From positions 8,471 through 72,470 of the forward strand of contig JAIRYI010000037.1 in NCBI GenBank assembly GCA_031267815.1: a DNA stretch of 64,000 bases, in the 5' to 3' direction. Made by a program: the position numbers and the translations under genes. This document shows positions 26,693 to 36,613 of this stretch, piece after piece. The stretch is from Desulfarculales bacterium (GTDB lineage: Bacteria; Desulfobacterota; Desulfarculia; Desulfarculales; Desulfarculaceae). Below the pieces are notes generated by a model, which had not been told where the DNA came from, made no database searches, and was given only the letters and a program-made list of their open reading frames with translations. Within the stretch, counting starts at the first letter, position 1, and every line of letters begins with the position of its first letter.

Positions 26693-27553
26693 ATGATGTT
26701 ACCGTTGGATCCGTCCGCGCCCGAATACGGCTGGCAGAAAATTATTTATTTGGCTGTGCCTTTAAGTTATTTTTGGGATGAAAATCAAACCGATGTTTGC
26801 CGCCTGATCGCCAAACTCCCCGTCAATTTGGAGTTGGGTCTGGACTGGATGGCTCTGGATTATTACTGGCCGTCAAAACAAAAAGAAACGCGCCGGTTAT
26901 TCGCCGGCCGCAACCTGACCGTGCACATGCCTTTTATGGGACTTGCTCCGGCCACCCCTGACCCTATGGCGGCGGAAGCGGCCCTGACCCGCCTGCGGCA
27001 GGCTGTAAAAACGGCTTTAGCGTTGCAATCTTCGCGGGCGGTTCTACACTTGGGTTATGATTATCGCTTTGACCGGGACAGAGAAAAATTTATAACTCTT
27101 TTCTGTCAGCGAATGGCTCCGATAATCGCCGGCCTTACGGCCGGCGGCTGCCAGCCGGTGCTGGAAAATGTTTTTGAGCCAGACCCGTCTTTATTATTGG
27201 AAATACGCCGGCGTTTCTGCGATATGGGGCAGTATAATGTGGGATTTTGTCTGGATGTGGGCCACGCCCTGGCCTTTTCCTCTACCGATCTGCCTCAATG
27301 GTGGGAAGCTTTTGCTCCCTGGCTGCGGGAGATGCATCTGCATGACAACCCCGGATATGATGATCTTCACCAAGCTATTGGCAGCGGCAAAGTGGACTTC
27401 GCTTATCTGGGCCAAGTCGTGAACGGTATGCGGCCTGGCCCTCAATTCACTCTTGAGCTGCGTGATGAAGCTTCTTTCTGGCAAAGCCTTTATGCCCTGC
27501 ATCAGCTTTGGGGACCGGCAACGGTTATAAATAATAATGAGTCTCAGACTTAA
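26693..27553 (+). CDS. Sugar-phosphate isomerase/epimerase (xylose-isomerase-like TIM barrel)
   Basis: Pattern LELGLD..., HMPF, VLHLG, LENV, CLDVGHA, EMHLHDN is typical of the AP_endonuc_2/TIM-barrel family. Confidence 0.7.
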   Translation: MMLPLDPSAPEYGWQKIIYLAVPLSYFWDENQTDVCRLIAKLPVNLELGLDWMALDYYWPSKQKETRRLFAGRNLTVHMPFMGLAPATPDPMAAEAALTRLRQAVKTALALQSSRAVLHLGYDYRFDRDREKFITLFCQRMAPIIAGLTAGGCQPVLENVFEPDPSLLLEIRRRFCDMGQYNVGFCLDVGHALAFSSTDLPQWWEAFAPWLREMHLHDNPGYDDLHQAIGSGKVDFAYLGQVVNGMRPGPQFTLELRDEASFWQSLYALHQLWGPATVINNNESQT

Positions 27554-28031
27554 GGCTGTCCTGATAACCGCTGTTTTATCCGCAGGCCTGTTCTTGGCCG
27601 GGTTCAGCATAGGTAAATACTGGCTCGCCCATGAGATGGAAGATATAAAAATTCTGACCGCCCAGGCTACTGACAGAGTGCTACTTCTTACCAAGCAAAA
27701 TCAGCTTCTGCAGGAAAAATTGGAGCAGTTGCACCAGCAGCCGCCCCTGGCGCAAGAAATAACCGGACGGGCATGGATATGGCCCGATGGTCAGGGTTAT
27801 AGGGGATTGCTGGAATCAGGGCAAAGTCTGCTTTTAAGCCCGGAATTAAATTTGAAACTCCTGCGGATCGATCCTGGAGCCAATCTGGCTGTTTTTCGAT
27901 TGTATGCAAATGATAACTCAACCGAACTGAAATTAATTCCAGGCGCCGTCTTGCCCATCAGTCATGCCTGGCAGTTGGGCTTACGCTACCTGCAGCCCGG
28001 TTGGGCAGTGGTGATTTTAGAGCCAAGGTAG
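27537..28031 (+). CDS. Hypothetical membrane-anchored protein (one TM helix plus coiled coil)
   Basis: N-terminal hydrophobic helix AVLITAVLSAGLFLAGFSIG and a Q/L-rich heptad stretch. It overlaps the upstream gene by 17 nt. No recognisable family. Confidence 0.5.
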   Translation: MSLRLKAVLITAVLSAGLFLAGFSIGKYWLAHEMEDIKILTAQATDRVLLLTKQNQLLQEKLEQLHQQPPLAQEITGRAWIWPDGQGYRGLLESGQSLLLSPELNLKLLRIDPGANLAVFRLYANDNSTELKLIPGAVLPISHAWQLGLRYLQPGWAVVILEPR

Positions 28032-28070
28032 CTGTTTATGGGAACAATCAGCTTCTTTATCGAATATAGG

Positions 28071-28099
28071 TTGACAATAGTTAAGTAAACTAATAAGAT
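28071..28099 (+). promoter_or_regulatory. sigma70-type promoter for queA
   Basis: TTGACA, 17-nt spacer, TAAGAT, located ~40 nt upstream of ATG 28138. Confidence 0.55.
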
Positions 28100-28137
28100 A
28101 CTGAAGTTAAAAGCGGGGGAAGCGGCTGCCCGGCAGT

Positions 28138-29208
28138 ATGAAATCAACAAGTAATAATTGCGATATATTATCCGCTTACGACTATTATCTGCCTCCGGAG
28201 CTTGTGGCTCAGACTCCGGCCCGGCGCCGGACAGAGGCCCGGCTGCTGGTTTCTGATTCAGATACTGGACATGTAACCCACCAAAAGGTAGCCGATTTAC
28301 CCCTTTTATTACAACCGGGCGACTTACTGGTATTGAACAACGCCAGGGTTATTCCCGCCCGCCTGTTGGCGCGCAAACCAAGCGGCGGGTTGGCGGAAAT
28401 TTTTCTTCTCAATCCCGCTCACCCGGAACGGACAGAGCCGGACGGTCATGAATGGCAGCAGGCTTTAATTAAAGGCAAGATACAGGAAAACAGCATATTA
28501 ACCCTGTCAGCCGATCCTGAAATTGTTATCCGCCTGCTGGAAAAAAGGGAACACGGCCAGGCCTTAATAGAAATTCCCGGTTCAGCTCTGGACCTGGCCG
28601 CCCGTTACGGTTTGACCCCGCTGCCGCCTTATATAAAAAGGCCGCGCGGTTGCACCGCGGCTGACCGTAAGCGCTATCAGACGGTGTTTGCCCGCAACCC
28701 GGGCGCGGTGGCCGCGCCTACCGCCGGCCTGCATTTCACCAATGCTTTACTGGCGGAGATAAAAAAGAAAGGCGTGGATATTGCGTTTGCGACTCTGCAT
28801 GTTGGGTATGGCACTTTTTCCCCTCCCCGCCGCGAGGATTTGCAAGCAGGCAATCTTCACGGCGAATGGGTGGAAGTAGACCAGGATCTGGTCAAACGCT
28901 ACCGCCGCTGCCGGGATCGGGGCGGGCGAGTCATTGCGGTGGGCACCACCAGCGCCAGAGCTTTGGAATGGGCCGCCCTGTCAGGCTGCCTGGAAGTAAA
29001 ACAGGGATGGTGTCATCTGTTTATTGCCCCTGGTTTCGAATTTAAAATTTTAGACGGTCTGATGACCAATTTTCACCTGCCTCGCACGACTCTGCTCATG
29101 TTGGTAAGCGCGTTTATGGGCCGGGAAAAAATGAACTCGGCCTATGCGGAGGCAATAAGGGAGAGATACCGTTTTTACAGCTTCGGCGACGCCATGCTGA
29201 TTTTATGA
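28138..29208 (+). CDS. queA: S-adenosylmethionine:tRNA ribosyltransferase-isomerase
   Basis: YDYYLPPELVAQTP, LLVLNNARVIPARL, PLPPYIKR, YQTVFA, AAPTAGLHFT, VGTTSARALE, SFGDAMLI. Confidence 0.93.
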   Translation: MKSTSNNCDILSAYDYYLPPELVAQTPARRRTEARLLVSDSDTGHVTHQKVADLPLLLQPGDLLVLNNARVIPARLLARKPSGGLAEIFLLNPAHPERTEPDGHEWQQALIKGKIQENSILTLSADPEIVIRLLEKREHGQALIEIPGSALDLAARYGLTPLPPYIKRPRGCTAADRKRYQTVFARNPGAVAAPTAGLHFTNALLAEIKKKGVDIAFATLHVGYGTFSPPRREDLQAGNLHGEWVEVDQDLVKRYRRCRDRGGRVIAVGTTSARALEWAALSGCLEVKQGWCHLFIAPGFEFKILDGLMTNFHLPRTTLLMLVSAFMGREKMNSAYAEAIRERYRFYSFGDAMLIL

Positions 29209-29312
29209 TTATTTTGCGGAGAACAATTGTTTAAATTGCCGGCGGCGATAATTTCCGCCTCAGAGCGAAAAAATATTGCCGGGGATCATCTCTTATCCTC
29301 AAAGTTAATGGT

Positions 29313-30434
29313 ATGATTCCCAGAGTTAAATATGAACCGCGCGCCCGTGACGGATCCGCCAGGCGAGGAGTATTGCACAGCCGGAGAGGGCTGATTGACA
29401 CCCCTGCTTTTATGCCCGTGGGTACGGCCGGTACCGTCAAGGCCATGTTGCCTCAGGAAGTGGCGGAACTGGGCGCCCAGATAATTTTAGGCAATACCTA
29501 TCATTTATCTTTGCGTCCGGGTACGGACTTGATTGCGGATATGGGCGGGTTACATAAATTTATGGCCTGGCCCGGTCCGATTTTGACCGACAGCGGAGGG
29601 TTCCAGGTATTCAGTCTGGCGGGCAGGCGTAAACTTAGTGAAGAGGGTGTAAGTTTCCAATCACACCTGGACGGCAGTGAATTATTCTTAACCCCCGAAA
29701 GAGCTGTTCAAGCCCAGGAATATCTGGGAAGTGATATAATGATGATGCTGGACGAGTGCCCTCCCCCCGGGGCTGACCATGATTATGCAAAATCCTCTCT
29801 CGAGCGCGACTGCCGCTGGGCCAAGCGGGCTATTCGCGCCCGGGGCGAGGACAGCGGCGCTCTGTTTGCCATTATCCAGGGAGGGATGTATAAAGATCTG
29901 CGGGCCATGAGCGCCGCTTTGCTGACCGCCCTGCCATTCGACGGTTATGCTCTGGGGGGGCTAAGTGTGGGTGAACCCAAGGAAGCCACTTGGGAAATGC
30001 TCACTCATACTATTCCTCTCCTGCCCCCGGATAAGCCGGTTTACCTCATGGGAGTGGGTGAACCGGAAGATCTGGTGACTTACAGCGGGCTGGGAGTGGA
30101 TATGTTTGATTGCGTACTGCCCACCCGCATGGCCAGGAATGGGACTTTGCTGACCGCCATGGGGAGACTAAACATCCGCAACCGGCGTTTCCGCAATGAT
30201 CCCGGCCCGGTGGAAGAACAATGCGGCTGTTATACCTGTAGGACTTTCAGCCGGGCCTATTTGCGGCATTTGTTCATGGCCAGGGAACTGCTGGCTTACA
30301 GACTGAATACCATCCATAACCTTTACTATATATTAAAGCTTATGGAAAACATTCGCCGGGCGGTGGAAAGCGGCGTATATTCTGAATTCAGCCGCCGGAC
30401 ACTGTATAATCTTAAAGCTGATGATAATGAATGA
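29313..30434 (+). CDS. tgt: Queuine tRNA-ribosyltransferase
   Basis: TPAFMPVGT, ILGNTYHL, ILTDSGGFQV, GLSVGE, LMGVG, DMFDCVLPTR, and the zinc site CGCYTC...H. Confidence 0.94.
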   Translation: MIPRVKYEPRARDGSARRGVLHSRRGLIDTPAFMPVGTAGTVKAMLPQEVAELGAQIILGNTYHLSLRPGTDLIADMGGLHKFMAWPGPILTDSGGFQVFSLAGRRKLSEEGVSFQSHLDGSELFLTPERAVQAQEYLGSDIMMMLDECPPPGADHDYAKSSLERDCRWAKRAIRARGEDSGALFAIIQGGMYKDLRAMSAALLTALPFDGYALGGLSVGEPKEATWEMLTHTIPLLPPDKPVYLMGVGEPEDLVTYSGLGVDMFDCVLPTRMARNGTLLTAMGRLNIRNRRFRNDPGPVEEQCGCYTCRTFSRAYLRHLFMARELLAYRLNTIHNLYYILKLMENIRRAVESGVYSEFSRRTLYNLKADDNE

Positions 30435-30475
30435 ATAATTTGAGACCGTTCCCAACCTCAGGAGGTAATTAGTTA

Positions 30476-30850
30476 ATGTTAGATATGTTTTTCGCCGCTA
30501 GCGCTCACGCTCAGGAAGCCGCCGCTCCCGCCCAGGAAGGGGGCCTGAATTCTTTTTTGGGCGGACCCGGTTTGATGCTTCTGGCTATGTTCGCCATTTT
30601 TTATTTCCTGCTGATCCGGCCCCAGCAAAAAAAAGCCAAAGCCGCCCGGCAAATGCTGGACTCTTTACGCAAAGGAGATGACGTCCTCACCAATGGCGGC
30701 ATATTTGGACGCGTCACCGGAATCAGCGGCGAACAGCTTGTGCTGGAAATCGCGCCTCAGGTCCGTATTAAAATAACCCGCTCCAGCATAACCCAGATAC
30801 TTTCCGGGTTAAGCCAGAACCAGCCTGCGGAAGAAAAAAAGAAATCATGA
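30476..30850 (+). CDS. yajC: Preprotein translocase subunit YajC
   Basis: Single TM helix, then IRPQQKKAK...LRKGDDVLTNGGIFGRV. Confidence 0.88.
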   Translation: MLDMFFAASAHAQEAAAPAQEGGLNSFLGGPGLMLLAMFAIFYFLLIRPQQKKAKAARQMLDSLRKGDDVLTNGGIFGRVTGISGEQLVLEIAPQVRIKITRSSITQILSGLSQNQPAEEKKKS

Positions 30851-30877
30851 TCACGCCTTTGGCAGAGGAGGCCCATA

Positions 30878-32464
30878 TTGCCCAGAAGTTTTAAATGGAA
30901 AACCGTACTGGTTCTGTTCATTATCTTGGCCTGTTTTATTATTCTCCTGCCCAGCACGGGCGCTAAACTGCCCGGTTGGTGGAACAGCATTATATCTTTC
31001 AAGCCGGTACGGCTGGGTCTGGACCTGCAGGGCGGAGTGTATTTACTCCTGGAAGCTGACGTGGACAAAGCGGCTCAATCGGCACTGGAACGGACAGGAC
31101 AGGAACTTTACCGCCGTTTGACTGAAAGCAGGGTGCGCCTGACCCAACCCCAGTTGGAAAGCGGGCAGACCCTCACCTTCAGCCTGTTTTCCGCCAATGA
31201 CCGGGCAACAACCGAAGATGTGGCGCGGCAGTATTTCGAAGAATATGAACTGCAGCCCGGAGAAAACAATTCCTTTACTCTGCGCCTGACCCCAGCGGCA
31301 TTACAGGGCATCAAAGACAATGCCCACAATCAGGCGGTTGAGACCATCCGCAACCGTATTGACTTGTTTGGAGTGGCGGAGCCGGAAATAATTCCCCAGC
31401 AGGATTATCGCATCCTGGTGCAATTGCCGGGCATGAGCGATACCAAGCGGGCTATCGCTCTTATTGGTCAGACGGCCCAATTGGAATTCCGGCTGGTGGA
31501 AGATGTGGACGCCGACAACCTGACCATCGACAGTATTCCCCCCGGCACATCGCTTGGTTACGTAGACAGGAGAGATTCGGTCACGGGACGGGTCAACAGA
31601 CGACAAATACTGATGCGCTCCCGGGCCAGCATGACCGGGGAGGGGATAACTGACGCCAGGGTGCAATTGAGAAATCAGCAGGGAGAGATGGGAGTGGAAG
31701 TATATTTCAACGCTGCCGGCACCCGCCAGTTCGCTGATCTCACCACCGCCAATGTCGGCCGCAGGCTGGCCATTGTCCTGGACGGCAAAGCCATATCAGA
31801 TCCCACAATCAAACAACCCATTACCGGCGGCATAGCCTCCATTACCGGTGATTTCACTCCCGACGGAGCCAAAGATCTGGCTGTAGCCCTGCGCTCCGGC
31901 GCTTTGCCCGCTCCGGTTAATATTTTGGAACAGCGCATTGTAGGGCCAAGTCTGGGGAATGATTCCATCCGCCAGGGAGTTACCGCCGCTTTAATCGGCG
32001 GCCTGCTCATCATTATATTTATGCTTTTATATTACCGTATCTCCGGCATTGCCGCCGATGTGGCGGTTGTTTTTAATATAATCATCCTGCTGGCTGTCAT
32101 GGTGATTATGGAAGCCACTCTGACCTTGCCCGGTATAGCCGGCATCATTTTAACCATAGGCATGGCGGTTGACGCCAATGTGCTTATAAATGAACGAATA
32201 CGGGAAGAACTGCGCCTGGGCAAAACCCCGGCCGCGGCGGTGGAAACCGGCTACGCCAGAGCCACGGTAACTATTTTGGACGCCAATATCACCACCATCC
32301 TGGCCGCCGTTGTACTCTATCAGTTCGGCACAGGTCCCATCAAAGGTTTTGCGGTAACTTTAACCATTGGTCTGGCCTGCTCTATGTTCACCGCCATTTT
32401 TGTAACCAGACTGCTGTTCGACTATGTTGTCAGGCGCTACCGGCCCAAGAGTCTTTCCATTTAA
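30878..32464 (+). CDS. secD: Protein translocase subunit SecD
   Basis: TTG start. LGLDLQGGV, large periplasmic P1 domain, then six-TM core (GIAGIILTIGMAVDANVLINERIREE). Confidence 0.93.
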   Translation: MPRSFKWKTVLVLFIILACFIILLPSTGAKLPGWWNSIISFKPVRLGLDLQGGVYLLLEADVDKAAQSALERTGQELYRRLTESRVRLTQPQLESGQTLTFSLFSANDRATTEDVARQYFEEYELQPGENNSFTLRLTPAALQGIKDNAHNQAVETIRNRIDLFGVAEPEIIPQQDYRILVQLPGMSDTKRAIALIGQTAQLEFRLVEDVDADNLTIDSIPPGTSLGYVDRRDSVTGRVNRRQILMRSRASMTGEGITDARVQLRNQQGEMGVEVYFNAAGTRQFADLTTANVGRRLAIVLDGKAISDPTIKQPITGGIASITGDFTPDGAKDLAVALRSGALPAPVNILEQRIVGPSLGNDSIRQGVTAALIGGLLIIIFMLLYYRISGIAADVAVVFNIIILLAVMVIMEATLTLPGIAGIILTIGMAVDANVLINERIREELRLGKTPAAAVETGYARATVTILDANITTILAAVVLYQFGTGPIKGFAVTLTIGLACSMFTAIFVTRLLFDYVVRRYRPKSLSI

Positions 32465-32501
32465 GGCGCGGTCAGAGCAAAAATACCTTTGCGGAGCTAA
32501 T

Positions 32502-33743
32502 ATGCAATTCATAAAACCAGACATTAACATAAATTTCATGGGCCGGCGTAATCTTTTTCTGATTATTTCCGGCCTGTTAATGCTTATTTCTCTTTTGCCG
32601 CTCCTGATCAGGGGGCTTAATTACGGAGTTGACTTTTCCGGAGGCATGCTCATCCAGGTCAAATTTACCCAACCGGTTGAAGCTGAGGATATTCGCCAGT
32701 CTCTCCAAAGCTTGGGTTTAACTGACGCTTTAGTGCAAAGTTTTGGCCAGAGTGATGAAAATGAATTTCTAATCCGCTCTCTGGCCGCCGGATTCTCTCT
32801 GGAACAGGCTGAGACCGCGGTGCGGGCCAACCTGGAAAACAGTTTCAGCGGAAACAAAGTGGAAATGCGCCGGGTGGAGACGGTCGGACCCAAAGCAGGC
32901 CGGGATTTACGGGAAAAGGCCATGATGGCCATATTCTGTTCCATCCTGCTCATGGGAATTTATATATCAGGACGTTTTGAATCCAAATGGATGCTTAGCT
33001 GCGTCATGGCCCTGATCCTGGGAGTTACCGCTTTTGTCCTGCGCCTGGTCCTGCTGAATGTAGGCGTATCCGAAGACATTATCCTGGCCATTCTTACCCT
33101 GGCGATAATGGGAACAACATTTCTGGTGTGCATATTTTTAAGACTGCGCTACGCCACCGGAGCGGTAGTCTCAATTACCCATGACGCTTTGCTCACAATT
33201 GGAATCTACTGCGTCCTGGGACGGGAATTCAACCTTTCCACGGTAGCCGCCCTTCTGACTGTCATTGGTTTTTCCGTCAACGATACTATAATTATATATG
33301 ACCGGATACGGGAAAACTTACGCAAAAATCTGCGCAAAAGTTTTGAGGAAATCATTAATCAGTCAATAAATCAAACCTTAAGCCGCACCATTCTGACTTC
33401 CGGCACTTTACTGATCGTGGTGATTATTCTCTTCTTTTTTGGCGGAGGAGTGATAGAAGATTTTGCTCTTACCATGATTATCGGAGTTGTTGTAGCTACT
33501 TATTCATCAATCTACATAGCCAGCCCTCTGATTTTAATTATGCCTGAACGTAAGAAAAAGTTGCTTTCCCCCTCCCCGGCCGGCCTGGCTAAACGGATAA
33601 AAAAAGAGGAGGCCCCTCTTCCGGAAGACACGGATTCCAATGAGGCACGCAGCGCGCACAAAGAAGACAAAGAAAAAAGCGGCGCGAAAAATATGCGCAG
33701 AAAACGCGGCGGCCCGGTCAGGTCCCGTACCCGCCGCCGTTAG
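32502..33743 (+). CDS. secF: Protein translocase subunit SecF (with ~65-aa basic C-terminal tail)
   Basis: ATG 32502 ([14 protein letters not shown]). [30 protein letters not shown]. The ORF's upstream part (32424-32501) overlaps secD and is rejected. Confidence 0.92.
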   Translation: MQFIKPDININFMGRRNLFLIISGLLMLISLLPLLIRGLNYGVDFSGGMLIQVKFTQPVEAEDIRQSLQSLGLTDALVQSFGQSDENEFLIRSLAAGFSLEQAETAVRANLENSFSGNKVEMRRVETVGPKAGRDLREKAMMAIFCSILLMGIYISGRFESKWMLSCVMALILGVTAFVLRLVLLNVGVSEDIILAILTLAIMGTTFLVCIFLRLRYATGAVVSITHDALLTIGIYCVLGREFNLSTVAALLTVIGFSVNDTIIIYDRIRENLRKNLRKSFEEIINQSINQTLSRTILTSGTLLIVVIILFFFGGGVIEDFALTMIIGVVVATYSSIYIASPLILIMPERKKKLLSPSPAGLAKRIKKEEAPLPEDTDSNEARSAHKEDKEKSGAKNMRRKRGGPVRSRTRRR

Positions 33744-33895
33744 GCGGCAAGCTTAAACGGCAAAGCGAAACAGATGATACCCCCCCAGGAGCGCGAATTG
33801 CCGGAACGGACCGTTCGAAACGGAGGGTTGAGGGCTGTTACCGCCGATCATTGGCCGCAGAATTGTTCCCCTATGGTTTTCGCGGATATAAAATC

Positions 33896-34681
33896 ATGGC
33901 GCAAGTCATTACCATAGCCAATCAAAAAGGCGGAGTGGGAAAAACCACCACCACCATCAATCTGGCGGCTTCCCTGGCGGTAGCTGGCAAGGAGGTGCTG
34001 CTGGTGGACTGTGACCCCCAGGGCAACGCCACCAGCGGACTGGGCGTAAATCTCAATCAGTTGACGAATATTACCCTTTATCAAGTGCTTATCAATAACG
34101 CCCCTGTGGAGGAATCTCTGTATCCCACTGACTTGAGCCGCCTCACCGTACTGGCTTCCAGTTTACATTTATATGGAGCCGAAGTGGAAATGGTAACTAT
34201 GGACAAACAGCGCGAAAGCATTTTAGCCAAAGCCCTTAAGCCGCTTCTGAATAAATATGAATATATTTTGCTGGACTGCCCGCCCTCGCTGGGTCTGCTG
34301 ACTTTGAACGCCCTGACCGCCTGCCAGGGAGTTATCGTACCCTTGCAGTGTGAATATTATGCCCTGGAAGGCTTAACCCAGTTATTGCATACGATTGCCA
34401 GGGTACGGCGCGGCTTCAACCCCGTTCTGGCCTTGTACGGGATTGTACTCACCATGTATGACAGCCGCAACAACTTAAGCCGTCAGGTGGCTGAAGACGC
34501 CCGCAATCATTTCAAAAATCTGGTATTTAAAGCGGTTATTCCCCGTAACGTGCGTTTATCCGAGGCTCCCAGCCACGGCAAACCAATAGTCCTTTACGAC
34601 TCCCGCAGTCCCGGCAGCCAGGGCTATCTCAATCTGGCTCAGGAAATAATGGCCTTGCCTTATCAGGAGATCCGGCAGTGA
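33896..34681 (+). CDS. parA: Chromosome-partitioning ATPase ParA/Soj
   Basis: ATG 33896. Deviant Walker [34 protein letters not shown]. Confidence 0.93.
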   Translation: MAQVITIANQKGGVGKTTTTINLAASLAVAGKEVLLVDCDPQGNATSGLGVNLNQLTNITLYQVLINNAPVEESLYPTDLSRLTVLASSLHLYGAEVEMVTMDKQRESILAKALKPLLNKYEYILLDCPPSLGLLTLNALTACQGVIVPLQCEYYALEGLTQLLHTIARVRRGFNPVLALYGIVLTMYDSRNNLSRQVAEDARNHFKNLVFKAVIPRNVRLSEAPSHGKPIVLYDSRSPGSQGYLNLAQEIMALPYQEIRQ

Positions 34682-35574
34682 ACGGAAGGAAAAACAAACA
34701 CGGCTTGGGCAAAGGCCTGGATGCTCTCCTGGGCCAGGATCTGACCCCCACTCCCCTTAGAGAAACTCACGATATAACTTTTGCTTCCAAAGCTGATGAC
34801 AAAATTTTACATCTGCCTCCGGAACGCCTGGAACCCAACCCTTACCAGCCGCGTAAAATATTTGCCGACGAAGACTTGAAAGCTCTGGCCGGCTCCATAG
34901 CCCAGCACGGCATCATGCAGCCTTTAGTAGTACGGCCGGCCCAGGGAGGCTATCAGCTTATCGCCGGCGAACGCCGTTTGCGCGCCGCGCAGCTGGCCGG
35001 ACTCATAGAAGTCCCGGTGGTTGTACGCCAGGCCACCGACCAGCAGGCTCTGCTCCTGGCCCTGCTGGAAAATCTGCAGCGCGCTGATTTAAATTCCCTG
35101 GAAGAAGCCAGGGCCTATCAACGCCTGATGGAGGAATTCAATTTCAACCATGAGGATATAGCTCAAGGCGTAGGCAAGGATCGTTCCACCGTGGTCAATA
35201 CTCTGAGACTGCTCAAATTGCCGTTATGGCTGCAGGATGATCTGGCCGGCGGCCTTCTCAGCCAGGGACACGGCCGGGCTCTGCTGGCTTTGGAAAATGA
35301 AAATTTAATCCGCTCCGCCCGGGATAAAATCATAAATCAAAGTCTGAGCGTCCGCGCTACCGAACGTCTGGTCAGACAAATGCTGACTCCTCCCCGCCCT
35401 TCTCCGCAACAGAAAGAACATGCTGCCCATTGGCAGGATATGACAGAAAAACTGCAGCAAAAACTGGGTACTAAAGTGGAAATCAAACGGCAGGGGAAAA
35501 AAGGCCAACTGGTGCTGCATTTTTTCTCCTATGACGATTTGGAGCGCCTGCTCGATCTCCTGCGTAAAGGCTAA
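34678..35574 (+). CDS. parB: Chromosome-partitioning protein ParB/Spo0J
   Basis: GTG start overlapping the parA stop by 4 nt. [27 protein letters not shown], and HTH region [21 protein letters not shown]. Confidence 0.92.
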   Translation: MNGRKNKHGLGKGLDALLGQDLTPTPLRETHDITFASKADDKILHLPPERLEPNPYQPRKIFADEDLKALAGSIAQHGIMQPLVVRPAQGGYQLIAGERRLRAAQLAGLIEVPVVVRQATDQQALLLALLENLQRADLNSLEEARAYQRLMEEFNFNHEDIAQGVGKDRSTVVNTLRLLKLPLWLQDDLAGGLLSQGHGRALLALENENLIRSARDKIINQSLSVRATERLVRQMLTPPRPSPQQKEHAAHWQDMTEKLQQKLGTKVEIKRQGKKGQLVLHFFSYDDLERLLDLLRKG

Positions 35575-35581
35575 TCTGCCG

Positions 35582-36070
35582 ATGCACTGGCTCATAGACG
35601 CCAACAATCTTGTTCATCTTATTCCTGAAATCATCAGCTCCGCTTCTCCCCAGGAGCGGCCTCTGGCTCTGGCCTCATTGCTCAGGCCATATCGGGATAT
35701 GAAAAAATTAAAAATAACTCTTTTTTTCGATGGCGGCGAAAAACAATACTCCACTTCTCTGAACGGCATACCTTCCCGTTTTTCCGGTCCGGAAAAAAGC
35801 GCGGATCAAATTATTCTGGAATACCTGGCCCAGCAGAATGACTGCCGGGGCCTTATCCTGGTCAGCAACGATTCCGGGTTGAATTCTTCCGCTTCCCGCC
35901 AGGGCGCCGGGATTATTCCGGCCAGCCGTTTCCTCCACAGAATGCTCTCCAGCCAGGGTATGGATGAAGATCAAGAGGAGAAGGAAAAGTTCTCCACCCG
36001 CAAAAAAGGCCCTGCCCGGCGTTTACCCAAAAACAAACGCCGGGAGGATAAACTGTTGCGCAAATTATAA
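35582..36070 (+). CDS. YacP-like NYN/PIN-fold domain protein
   Basis: WLIDANNLVH, ITLFFDGG, SADQIILEY, LILVSNDSGL, GAGIIPASRF fit the YacP/Rae1-type NYN pattern. Basic C-terminal tail. Confidence 0.65.
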   Translation: MHWLIDANNLVHLIPEIISSASPQERPLALASLLRPYRDMKKLKITLFFDGGEKQYSTSLNGIPSRFSGPEKSADQIILEYLAQQNDCRGLILVSNDSGLNSSASRQGAGIIPASRFLHRMLSSQGMDEDQEEKEKFSTRKKGPARRLPKNKRREDKLLRKL

Positions 36071-36499
36071 GCTCTGTTTTTTTAACCAGCGCCTGAATTC
36101 AGGAAAGCGTTTAACTATTTCCATTTGCGCCCAGCCAGCCTGAACAGGGGATATCTGTGCATATCTGTTAAATAAATCCCAAAATTCAGATGAAGGCATA
36201 TTCATAAAAATTTCTGATTCCTCATTATCAGAGCGTTCCGTTCGCGCGCTGTCCCCTTCTTGAAACGGCGCTCCCTGCCCGCTTAAAAGCATTTCACCTT
36301 CACCCGATAATAACCAATGGATATTGACGCCCAAGCTGTGCAATTTATAAAAGACATCACCGCCGGGCATTTTCCGGCCTTGCTCATACGCCTGATAACC
36401 TCCGGTTGATTTCCCTATTTTCAAGGCCATCTCCGCCTGGGTAAGCCCCAACAAATGCCGGGCCTGAATTAAACGTTCTGAAAAATATACTATAATCAT
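36065..36499 (-). CDS. XRE/Cro-CI-family HTH transcriptional regulator
   Basis: HTH LGLTQAEMALKIGKSTGGYQAYEQGRKMP, an acidic linker, and a ~60-aa C-terminal domain. No SD upstream of the ATG (AT-rich TTATTTTA-ATG). The 3' end overlaps the NYN gene convergently by 6 nt. Confidence 0.8.
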   Translation of the reverse strand: MIIVYFSERLIQARHLLGLTQAEMALKIGKSTGGYQAYEQGRKMPGGDVFYKLHSLGVNIHWLLSGEGEMLLSGQGAPFQEGDSARTERSDNEESEIFMNMPSSEFWDLFNRYAQISPVQAGWAQMEIVKRFPEFRRWLKKQSL

Positions 36500-36519
36500 T
36501 AAAATAACACTAAAAGTTA

Positions 36520-36548
36520 TTGACAGATATTTCTATAGTTGTTAAAAT
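36520..36548 (+). promoter_or_regulatory. Near-consensus sigma70 promoter, divergent from the XRE gene
   Basis: TTGACA (36520-36525), exactly 17-nt spacer, TAAAAT (36543-36548). The predicted start (~36555) lies just before repeat copy 36561. Confidence 0.65.
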
Positions 36549-36560
36549 GGGTTTGTACAT

Positions 36561-36613
36561 AGTCGATCCTGAAAAACATTAAAAAAGTCATTTTCGACTT
36601 TTTCAGGGCCGGC
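36561..36613 (+). repeat. Family A element, short copy
   Basis: AGTCGATCCTGAAAAACATTAA (identical to the 48483 rc end), followed by AAAAAGTC-ATTTTC-GACTTTTT nested in CCTGAAAAA...TTTTTCAGG. Confidence 0.75.

Noticed and set aside
32424-32501. Upstream extensions of track ORFs (secF 32424, parA 33851, AKR 2090, tatB 41196, fixX 45454, macB 57454, NYN 35531)
   Set aside because: Each extension overlaps the preceding gene or lacks similarity to the family N-terminus. Internal ATGs give canonical N-termini (for example MQFIKPD for SecF and [17 protein letters not shown] for ParA).
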